From Candidatus Saccharimonadota bacterium (lineage in GTDB: Bacteria > Pseudomonadota > Gammaproteobacteria > Enterobacterales > Enterobacteriaceae), in the NCBI RefSeq assembly GCF_900128735.1, contig NZ_LT667503.1:240001-272000 (forward strand): a DNA stretch of 32,000 nt. Reading direction: 5' to 3'. The notes below the pieces were generated by a model. It did not search any database and was not told where the DNA came from. It was given only the letters and a program-made list of their open reading frames with translations. How positions within the stretch are numbered: the stretch's first letter is position 1; every line of letters starts with the position of its first letter. Below are positions 21,368 through 30,203 of this stretch, one piece after another. A program made the position numbers and the translations under genes.

Positions 21368-22048
21368 TTATAAATATGAATACTTATTATCGGTACATAT
21401 ATCAAAAAGTGTAGTATTTTTTTCATTTTCTCCAAATTGCCATGATATACTAAGATTCAAATTATCCAATATAGATCTAATATTTAAATTACCCAGATCT
21501 AAAATACTTTTTTTAACTTGATAACTAAAGTCAACATAAATTTTATTATTTAAAAAAAATTGAATTCCTGAAGCAAAAAAAGGAAAAAAATCTTGATGAA
21601 TATAATTTTTTAAATTAACACCTTTTAGTTTATTTTCTTGAAATTTTTGTGACAATAATCGTCCAATTTTAGTATATAACGATAACTTTTTAGTTACCGG
21701 AAGAACTAATTTTGTTGTATACTCGATATCAGAAAAAAATATTTTTGGCATTTGAAATTTTACTGTTTGAGGCATTTTTCCAGCAAGACGTGATAAAACC
21801 TCTACACTAAGATAGGGGTTAATTTTATATCCAAGAAAAAAACTATAATTTAACTTTAATAGATTTCTTATAATTTCATAATAATTATTTTGATAAAAAT
21901 TATGATATTGTTTAAAAGTGTCTTTAATATTTGAAGCTCCTGAATTTATACCTGTATACCATTTTTGTTGACTTAATATCGATGCCTGAGTATTAGGATT
22001 TATTAAACTAACAAATAAAATTGAAAAAGCAAACGCTAATTTAACCAT
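21368..22048 (-). CDS. ompA: outer membrane protein A, beta-barrel domain only (lacks the C-terminal OmpA_C/peptidoglycan-binding domain)
   Basis: 226 aa with a signal peptide (..NTQA). Four segments align by eye with the E. coli OmpA barrel. [11 protein letters not shown] aligns with [25 protein letters not shown]....AGKMP aligns with [41 protein letters not shown] aligns with [31 protein letters not shown] aligns with LSLGVSYRFGQGE. The ORF stops a few residues after the barrel. Confidence 0.85.
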   Translation of the reverse strand: [226 protein letters not shown]

Positions 22049-22341
22049 ATATAAACTCCAAAAATTTTAAATGAATATTTAATACGGACATCCTTATTAA
22101 ATAACTTCATACATATACTTTGATGCTTATTTTTTGAGTATTCAAAATATTAAAAAAAAATATTAGCGTTTTTCTAGTATCACTCTATAAAAAATATAAT
22201 TTCTTAAAAAAATATATCTATATAAAAAATTATTAATGGTAGTAATATTAAATTAAAAAAGTTACTTTTTATTAAAAATAAAATACATAAAAACTTAAAA
22301 ATAATCATTTTATTTAATAAATATTACATTACCATAGAATT

Positions 22342-23892
22342 TTAATCATATATTATATAAGAAAAATGTTTTAAATTTATACCAGTAAACCATAATGCTA
22401 TTAAATAAACACCGCTACTTAATAAACAAATAAAAAAAATACGAGTGATACGAACTACTATATTACCGATACTCCAAGAAGAAATAAAATATAAAATAAA
22501 CCATAAAAATAATGACATTATTATTGTTGAAAACAATATTCTAAAGAAAAAAAGAGACCAACCAGGTTGTAAATGAAATTTTTTTGTCCTACATAAAGCG
22601 ATAAATAATAAAATTGCATTAATCCATGCTGATATACTAATTGATAATGCTAAACCAGATTGTTTTAAGAAAAAAACAAATAAAATATTCATGATTTGTG
22701 TAATAAATAATGTAACAAAAGAAATTTTCATTGGTGTTATAACATCTTTAATGGAATAAAATGCTGTTGATAATACTTTTATAGCCATTAAAGCAGTAAT
22801 CCCTAATGTATAACATAATAATATTTTTTGTGTCATAATAGTATCAACGTCAACAAAATGACCGTATTCAAATAAAGAAATAATAAAAGGTTTAGATAAA
22901 ATAGCTAAAAGAGCTGTACTAGGAAGAGCGAGCGCAAAAGAAATTCTTAATCCCCAATCCAATAATCGAGAATATTCTTTATCAGTTTCTAATGTGTGAT
23001 ACTTAATTAATTTTGGAAAAATTAACGTGCTTACTGAAACGCCTAACACACCAATAGGAAATTCCATTAATCGATCCGCATAATATAACCATGATATAGA
23101 TCCAGAATTAAATAAAGATGCAATCACACTATTAATAACGATAGAAATTTGTCCTGCTGAAACTCCTAAAATAGCTGGTGCAATTTTTTTTAATACTCTT
23201 TGCAAACCAATATTATAAAAATCTAATTTAGGAAACACTAACATATTTTTAATACTTAGCGTGGGGAGCTGATATAAAATTTGCAATATTCCTCCAACAA
23301 TTACACCCCACCCCAAAGATAATATTTGCGGTTGAAAATAAGAATTTTTTAAAAATGAACTTAATAATGTAAAAAATATTACACTAATATTAAGTAATAT
23401 TGGAGAAAAAGAAGGTATTAAAAAACTATTATATGTATATAAAATAGATGAAATAAAAGATGATATAGAAACAAAAAAAATATAAGGAAAAATAATTTTA
23501 AATAATTGAATTCCTAAATTAAGTTTACATTTTTCATTAGAAAAACCTGGTGATGTCATTAATACAATCGCTGACGGGAAAAACATACCTATAAAAATTA
23601 ATAATGTTAATGATAATATTAACATTCCTAAAATATTAGAAATAAATTCTTTAATAAACTTTTCTTTATAATGCGTTTTATATTCTGATAAAACTGGTAT
23701 AAACGCTTGTGAAAAAGCACCGTCCGCAAAAATTCTACGAAGTAAATTTGGTATTTTAAAAATCGAAAAAAATACATCTGTTTCAACAGACGCACCAAAT
23801 GTATATGCAATTAAAAAATCTCGAACAAATCCTAAAATACGACAACCGGAAGTAACAATACTCATTGATACTAAAGATTTCAAAAGATTCAT
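22342..23892 (-). CDS. murJ: lipid II flippase MurJ (MviN)
   Basis: 516 aa polytopic membrane protein. N-terminus MNLLKSL......S.CRILGFVRD..IA..FGAS matches E. coli MurJ ([35 protein letters not shown]). Confidence 0.93.
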   Translation of the reverse strand: MNLLKSLVSMSIVTSGCRILGFVRDFLIAYTFGASVETDVFFSIFKIPNLLRRIFADGAFSQAFIPVLSEYKTHYKEKFIKEFISNILGMLILSLTLLIFIGMFFPSAIVLMTSPGFSNEKCKLNLGIQLFKIIFPYIFFVSISSFISSILYTYNSFLIPSFSPILLNISVIFFTLLSSFLKNSYFQPQILSLGWGVIVGGILQILYQLPTLSIKNMLVFPKLDFYNIGLQRVLKKIAPAILGVSAGQISIVINSVIASLFNSGSISWLYYADRLMEFPIGVLGVSVSTLIFPKLIKYHTLETDKEYSRLLDWGLRISFALALPSTALLAILSKPFIISLFEYGHFVDVDTIMTQKILLCYTLGITALMAIKVLSTAFYSIKDVITPMKISFVTLFITQIMNILFVFFLKQSGLALSISISAWINAILLFIALCRTKKFHLQPGWSLFFFRILFSTIIMSLFLWFILYFISSWSIGNIVVRITRIFFICLLSSGVYLIALWFTGINLKHFSYIIYD

Positions 23893-24785
23893 TGTGTATA
23901 ACCTTGGTCATTTTTACTTTCGATAATTATTCACTATTAGTTATCAACTATTAAAAAAAATGATATTTTATAATATACATTAATTAACATTTTATATATT
24001 TAAATACATAAAATATATATATATTAAGTAATTTTTTCTATTTATGATTATTACTTATTATAAAAAATTATGGTTTCAAAGAATAAAATAAAGAAATTAT
24101 TCATATATTATTTAAACTCTATCATTTATCTCAATAATCTATGTAAAAAATAAACTCTAATAGCGTATATAAGAATTATATTATAAAATGAAAAAAATTA
24201 TTTTTAAAATATATTTAATAGATATTCTGATTTTATCATAATATCTATTAAATATATTAAAATAAAATGACATTATTTCATATTAGATTTTATCTAATTA
24301 AAATCTTGCTATGATAAAAATTTCTCTTATACTATACCTAAATACAAATGATACTTTTACGTGAATTTATCAAATGTCAAAAATAAAAATTTAATTTTTA
24401 GTTCTATCTTCAAAAAATTTAAAAAAAATAATTTTTAATAATTAATTAATATATTTAGATAATAGATTGATCGATTTTGTTATTATAATATGTTATCTTA
24501 AATTTATTATATTAAAAATATTATTTTCCAAAAATAAAATAAATAAAATGTAATTATATAAATTTGATAACAATAATTTTCTTTAAAAAAATTTTATTTT
24601 TTATCTCATATAACTAAAAAAGATTATTCTACTAAAAAAAATATTATATAAAAAAATTTATATCTATAAATGATATATGTAACCTTTTGTAAAAAATAAA
24701 AAATAATTTTTTCTTAAAAATATTCGTAAAAATAATTTACAATTCTAGATTTATAAAATAATATAAAAAATATTTGAGGATGATT

Positions 24786-25178
24786 ATGTTTTCTACGCTC
24801 TGGAAAATTTTTGAATTAGATAAAATCGCAATAAATTTATTACTTTACCAACAAAGCCTCATTGTATCTAATATAGTTAATATAAATACAAAAAATTATC
24901 AAGCAAAAGATATCAATTTTAAAAAAGAATTTATAGCAGCAGTTAAAGAAAGACAGAAAAATATAGAAAATAAAAATTTTTTAATGGATTATTCTAAAAT
25001 AAAATTAATACCAAGAAAAAAAAAAGTTTTATTAAAAAATAACTCAAAAGAATTTATAAAAAATAATGATTTAGATATAGAAAGATTAAAATTTTTAAAA
25101 AATTCTATTATATACCAAAAATGTATTGCCTCAATCAAAAAAAGAGAAAAAATATTTTTTGATATAATTGGGATATAA
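24786..25178 (+). CDS. flgB: flagellar basal-body rod protein FlgB
   Basis: SNIVNINTKNYQAKDINF matches the rod-protein N-terminal motif (E. coli ANIANADTPGYQARDIDF). C-terminal D.DIERLKF..NSI.YQ aligns with E. coli D.DVERTQFADNSLKYQ. GAGGA lies 5 nt upstream of ATG 24786; the ORF-track start 24774 is TTG. Confidence 0.85.
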   Translation: MFSTLWKIFELDKIAINLLLYQQSLIVSNIVNINTKNYQAKDINFKKEFIAAVKERQKNIENKNFLMDYSKIKLIPRKKKVLLKNNSKEFIKNNDLDIERLKFLKNSIIYQKCIASIKKREKIFFDIIGI

Positions 25179-25183
25179 TTTGT

Positions 25184-25632
25184 ATGATTATATCATTAGA
25201 TACATATGATATTACAGTTTCATCCATAATCGTTCAAGTAGTTAATAATGAAATTAGAAAGTTAATAAATTAGAAAGTTTAGAAATTTTTTTTAAAGATA
25301 AAAACGAAAAATATCATCCGCAGATTGAAAAAATACCTATTTTTCAATTTTTATCTTAACGAAAAAAAAAGAACATCGAAGGGTTATTATGTTTCTCAAG
25401 TAATAAAAAAAAAGTCTGTACAAGATATATAGATCAAAATAATCATTTTTTTACTAATCAAAAAGGTTTTATAGAATCTTTTAATATAAATATTTTTAAT
25501 AAAAAAAACGCTAATATAAATACCAATAATAATAACTATACTCACTTAGAAAAATTAAAAACTATTAAAATACTTATTTTAAAAATATTATCATTACATA
25601 AAATATACATTGATTATATTGAGTTTTTCTAG
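25184..25632 (+). pseudogene. flgC: flgC (proximal rod protein) pseudogene
   Basis: ATG 25184 opens MIISLDTYDITVSSII.. (compare E. coli FlgC MALLNIFDIAGSALAA) and stops at TAG 25271 after 29 codons, with a second in-frame TAG nearby. FlgC-like pieces continue in shifted frames. KYHPQIEKIPIFQF compares with YRAKQVVFQV. GYYVSQVIKKKS compares with GVKVASVIESQA. YIDQNNHFFTNQKGFIESFNINIF compares with [29 protein letters not shown] compares with the MLKTLTL C-terminus. At least 2 in-frame stops and 3 or more frame changes. Confidence 0.8.
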
Positions 25633-25793
25633 TTGGTGCAATATAATAACATTAGTCACATAAAAAAAAGTTTAAGAAGCTCGCAGTAAATAATTATGAT
25701 AATAAATTTTCAATGATTTATTTTATATTCACAGACTATATTTAAAAATGTAAAATCATTTTTAAAAATACTAAAACTATGGAGTATTATTTT

Positions 25794-26522
25794 ATGAATA
25801 AAATTTTCAATTCTATGTTAATGTCTATAAATCGTAATTTAACTGAAAAAAAAATTTTATTAAATAATATCGACAATTCTTCTACACCTAATTTCCAATC
25901 TAATTTTCTTTTTGATGAAACTCCAGATCCATATAGCGATCTACCAAGTACTAGTGACAGATATAATAATCCAGATACACAAGAAGAAGTAATACAACAA
26001 GATATCGAATTATTATGCGATACCATCATGCATAAAAATAATTTCTTTTCAGCATTAGACGATCAAGGAAAAGAAGTTTTTATTCGTATTAGTTTAAATG
26101 AACCTGTGAAAATTAATAAAAAAAGAGAATTAGTGATAGATAAATTTCGCTTATTAGATACAGATAATAATATAATCATGATTAAAAATGGTTATGATGT
26201 TGTTATTCAACCAGATTATACAATTATTGTTTCTAAAGAAAATAGCGATTCTAAAAAAAATATTTTTTTAAGTAAAATAAAATCTATTCTTTTAGATGAT
26301 TCAGATGTAACCGTAAGAAAAAATAGTAAATTTTGCGATTTAAATCCTTCTGGATTAGAAAAATATAAAGAAAATGAATCTGAAATTATGATCGGTAATA
26401 TGCCGTATCATATACATCCGGAAAGTGATGAAGATTTAACTGCAAATTTAATTAAAACATTAAGCACAGCAAGAAATATAAAAGCAAATATAACAGTAGA
26501 ATCAAACACTAATAAAAATTAA
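25794..26522 (+). CDS. flgF: flagellar basal-body rod protein FlgF (divergent)
   Basis: N-terminus MNKIFNSMLMSINRNLTEKKILLNNIDNSSTPNFQS aligns with E. coli FlgF (MDHAIYTAMGAASQTLNQQAVTASNLANASTPGFRA). Length is about that of FlgF (about 250 aa). The C-terminus DLTANLIKTLSTARNIKANITV aligns with AMTDMIANARRFEMQMKVITSV. GGAG lies 9 nt upstream of ATG 25794 (ORF-track start 25779). Confidence 0.75.
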   Translation: MNKIFNSMLMSINRNLTEKKILLNNIDNSSTPNFQSNFLFDETPDPYSDLPSTSDRYNNPDTQEEVIQQDIELLCDTIMHKNNFFSALDDQGKEVFIRISLNEPVKINKKRELVIDKFRLLDTDNNIIMIKNGYDVVIQPDYTIIVSKENSDSKKNIFLSKIKSILLDDSDVTVRKNSKFCDLNPSGLEKYKENESEIMIGNMPYHIHPESDEDLTANLIKTLSTARNIKANITVESNTNKN

Positions 26523-26588
26523 GAAAAAACCAATATATTCTTAAAAGAAGTATCTGAAAAATAAAATAAGGAAAAAAAAAATCACCTA

Positions 26589-27354
26589 TAAATCTATTTT
26601 TTTTGAGTATTAAAAAATGGTCTAGATACCTAGCTAATTAGTTTAAATAACATAGAAAATAATTTAGCAAATATAAATAAAAATTTAGTTTTAAAAAGTC
26701 ATGAATCTATATAAAAAAATTCTATCTATTCAAGCAGAAATATATCCAAAAATAAAGATAAAAAAAATATCTCCAATTAAATTAAGAATAAGAATAAAGA
26801 TAATTTCTATAGAATAGATATTTCAGAACACCAATTAGAAAAAGAGTCTTGGAAAACTCTTGCTATTCATAAAAAAATTTTTTTCAAATTTAATTAAAAA
26901 ATGTAAAAATCGTATTTAAAAAAAGATGATACATATAAAGTAATAATACTGAAGAATAGTTACAAAGAATGGGGATTATCTCTTTTTTCCCTTCATAACG
27001 ATTCTTAAAATTAGTAATAAAAATAATTATATAAAGGATGATTTAGTATGACAATTAATAAAATAAATTAAAAACAATATTGAGATTGGAAAAATGCAAT
27101 GAGTAAAATGTAATAATTTTAATAAATTAGAATATATTGTAAATAATTGATCTCAATAAACAAAATCAATTATATATAATAATACTAAATTTATTAGAAC
27201 TCTATAAGAATAAAGAATCCCAAAAAAAATTCTTTAAGGTTATTTAAAAAAATGTAAAGTCAATATGATAAAAAAATTGGTGAATTAAATACAAAAAACC
27301 CAAACTTATGACATTAATAGTAAAGTGCTAACTAGAATTGAACAAATGTTTTAA
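26589..27354 (+). pseudogene. flgG: flgG (distal rod protein) pseudogene
   Basis: One frame reads ..VLKNGLDT*LISLNNIENNLANINKNLVLKSHESI*, compared with E. coli FlgG [35 protein letters not shown]. In-frame stops are at 26604 (TGA), 26631 (TAG) and about 26694 (TAA). The 3' end at 27289-27354 reads IQKTQTYDINSKVLTRIEQMF*, compared with [22 protein letters not shown]. No ORF of 60 aa or more exists across 26523-27401. Confidence 0.8.
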
Positions 27355-27401
27355 AAATCATCTTAAATATAAAATTAAAAAAATTAGGAGGTATTGTATC
27401 T

Positions 27402-28145
27402 GTGTTTCAGTTATTCTCAATTAAATATAAAAAAATTTTTATATGTTTTGTGTTAATATTTTCGATAATTTTTTATATAAACTATAATAAAAAATTAAAA
27501 AATAGAATAACTTTTACACAATCAGTTAATAAACATATAAATATTTTGAAAAAAAAACCACAAATTTACCAATCTTGGTATGCAGAAAAAAAAAAATATC
27601 AAATCGGCGATCTAATTATCATTAATTTAAAGGAAAATATACAAGCTTCAAACAGCTCATCAGATCATTGTCAACGAGAAAAAGAAAGTAACACGGGAAT
27701 ATTTTCTGTATTTCGTAATAGTATGAAATCTTTTTTTCCAGTCCCAAAAGATGCTATAGATACTCCAAACATAGATACGCATAATAAACAATCTTTTTTA
27801 CATCAAGATAATGCATTTGCAAATAATGTTATTACAGGTACAATTACAGGAATTATTAAGAAAATTTTACCTAACGGGTATTTAGAGGTATTAGGAAAAA
27901 AAATTATTATAATAAATAGTAGTACTGAAGATATATATTTTTCTGGTATTATTAATCCTGAAAATATTGATAAAAATAATTTTATTTCTTCAGCTCATAT
28001 TGCAAACTGTAAAATTTGTTATAAATATCATCATCCTACTATTCATAAAATAACAAAAACTGAGACCTTAAAAAACTTCTTGAAATCATTTATTGAACTA
28101 TCAATAAAAATGTTTCATACCATAATAAAAAATTCACAGTTATAA
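27402..28145 (+). CDS. flgH: flagellar L-ring protein FlgH
   Basis: 247 aa with a GTG start 10 nt after [28 protein letters not shown] aligns with E. coli [68 protein letters not shown] aligns with the FlgH core. An N-terminal hydrophobic segment is present, but no clear L-x-G-C lipobox. Confidence 0.85.
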   Translation: [247 protein letters not shown]

Positions 28146-28154
28146 AAGGTTTTT

Positions 28155-28919
28155 ATGAATCATTTAATGAAATATAAATATATTTTTTTAGTTATTTTAT
28201 CTATTTACGTAATACATCCCGCTATTTTAGCAGAAAAAATTAAAAATTTAATTAAAGTATCACAAAATCATCAAACACAATTATTAGGATATGGTTTAAT
28301 TATTGGTTTAAATGGAACTGGAGATCAAATAACAACGACATCATTTGCAAAAAAATTATTAATAAATATATTTTTAAAATTAGGCATTAATATTAACAAC
28401 GAATATAACACTCAAACAAGAAATATAGCTGCAGTCATAGTGACCACAGTTACTCCATCATGGAGTTATGTAGGACAAAAAATGAATTTATCAATCTCAT
28501 CAATCGGAAACGCAACCAATCTACAAGGAGGAATATTATTACTCACTCCGCTATATGGATTGGATAACATAAAATATGCTATTGCATACGGAAAAATCCC
28601 TTTTATTTCTAATACATTAAATATGAAAAATTCATATAAAAAAAATAACTATACTAATATAGAAATCAAGAAAGGAGCTATTTTAGAAAAAAAATTACCA
28701 CACTCTACAAAAAAACAAAAAATTTTATTTCATGTACTAAATAAAAATAGCGCTTTAACAGAAGAAATATATCAAGTTATTAATAAAAATTATCCCATGC
28801 AAAGCAAAATTGTTGATTTATATACAATACAAATTACTCTTCCAGAAAATAAATTATCACAACTTAAAATGTTATCGTGTATCGAAAATATACAAATAGA
28901 TACATCAAAATTTAATTAA
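28155..28919 (+). CDS. flgI: flagellar P-ring protein FlgI, C-terminally truncated (possible pseudogene)
   Basis: Signal peptide followed by IKNLIKVSQNHQTQLLGYGLIIGLNGTGDQ (E. coli [30 protein letters not shown]). The ORF is collinear with E. coli FlgI to about residue 250, then stops at 254 aa versus about 365 aa. Only 204 bp follow before rluC, so the 3' third is physically absent. Confidence 0.75.
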   Translation: MNHLMKYKYIFLVILSIYVIHPAILAEKIKNLIKVSQNHQTQLLGYGLIIGLNGTGDQITTTSFAKKLLINIFLKLGININNEYNTQTRNIAAVIVTTVTPSWSYVGQKMNLSISSIGNATNLQGGILLLTPLYGLDNIKYAIAYGKIPFISNTLNMKNSYKKNNYTNIEIKKGAILEKKLPHSTKKQKILFHVLNKNSALTEEIYQVINKNYPMQSKIVDLYTIQITLPENKLSQLKMLSCIENIQIDTSKFN

Positions 28920-29123
28920 ATTTATTAAAAATAAATAATTCATCTTCTGAATAATTTATATTAATATTTAAAATAAAAAAAAAACAAAAAAAATATTATT
29001 AAAAAAAAAGATAATCAAATCAAAATATATATTATAAAAAAATCTTAGGTTAAATATGATATGATATTAAAAAAACTTATTAAAAAAGCAATAATAAAAA
29101 TTAATTTTTTATAAAAATGAAAA

Positions 29124-30110
29124 ATGATGCTATATAACCAAAAAAAGAAAAAAAAAATTGTTCCAAAATATAAAATCATTGTAAATGAAAATATATCAAC
29201 TCAAAGAATAGATAATTTTTTATTTAAAAAATTTAAAAATTTACCAAAAAGTATGATATATCGTTGTTTAAGAATAGGAAAGATTCGACTTAATAAAAAA
29301 AAAATAAATCCTAATTATAAATTACAAAAAAAAGATATTATTACATTATTTTCTATTAAAATACCAATAATTAAAAAAAAAAAACGAACGTACAACAAAT
29401 CTACTATTAATTTTTTTTTAAAACATATTATTTATGAAGACGAATATTTATTAATTATAAATAAACCTACTGGTATTGCTGTTCATGGAGGTAGCGGAAT
29501 CACATCAGGAATTATAGAAATATTTCGCGTAATACGTACAGACCTATTTTTTTTAGAATTAGTACATCGTCTAGATAAAGATACATCAGGAATTTTAATT
29601 TTAGCTAAAAAAAATTCAATATTAAAAATAATGCACCAACAATTACGTGAAAAAAAAATTTACAAAGAATATACTGCTATTGTACAAGGGCACTGGCCAA
29701 AAAATAAGAAAATAATAGATCTTCCTTTATTAAAAACGAAAAATATATATGATAAAAATAAAGTTCGAGTACATCAAAACGGAAAATCTTCACAAACAAT
29801 TTTTATTGTAAAAAAATATTATCTAAATACTACTTTAGTATCAATTATACCGATTACCGGAAGAACGCATCAAATTCGTGTACATGCTGCCTATTCTGGT
29901 TTTCCAATAATTTTTGACGAAAAATATAGTACAAAAAAAATAAAGGAATCTGAAGAAATAAAAAAAATAAATAAAAAAAGATTATTATTACATGCTCAAA
30001 CTATGATTTTTATGCACCCCCAATATCAAAAAAAAATTTGTATATATGCACCTTTAAATAAAACTTTTAAAAATTATATAGATTTTTTTGCTCAAAATAT
30101 ATCTACATAA
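29124..30110 (+). CDS. rluC: 23S rRNA pseudouridine synthase RluC
   Basis: 328 aa. N-terminal S4-like segment QRIDNFL....LPKSMIYR.LR.G.IR.NKK, then the RluA-family catalytic motif HRLDKDTSGILILAKK and GRTHQIRVH. Confidence 0.9.
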   Translation: MMLYNQKKKKKIVPKYKIIVNENISTQRIDNFLFKKFKNLPKSMIYRCLRIGKIRLNKKKINPNYKLQKKDIITLFSIKIPIIKKKKRTYNKSTINFFLKHIIYEDEYLLIINKPTGIAVHGGSGITSGIIEIFRVIRTDLFFLELVHRLDKDTSGILILAKKNSILKIMHQQLREKKIYKEYTAIVQGHWPKNKKIIDLPLLKTKNIYDKNKVRVHQNGKSSQTIFIVKKYYLNTTLVSIIPITGRTHQIRVHAAYSGFPIIFDEKYSTKKIKESEEIKKINKKRLLLHAQTMIFMHPQYQKKICIYAPLNKTFKNYIDFFAQNIST

Positions 30111-30203
30111 AATATTTTATTATGAAAATTTTGAATAAAGAAAAAATGAATAAAAAAAAATTCAATAATTCATTTATATTGTTAAAGTAAATAGGAAAAA
30201 ATT

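Noticed and set aside
23628-23810. 60-aa ORF on the minus strand, out of frame within murJ
   Set aside because: It overlaps murJ in a different frame on the same strand and has no motifs. Chance ORF.
25787-26029. 80-aa ORF on the minus strand
   Set aside because: Antisense to the conserved N-terminal part of flgF. Shadow ORF.
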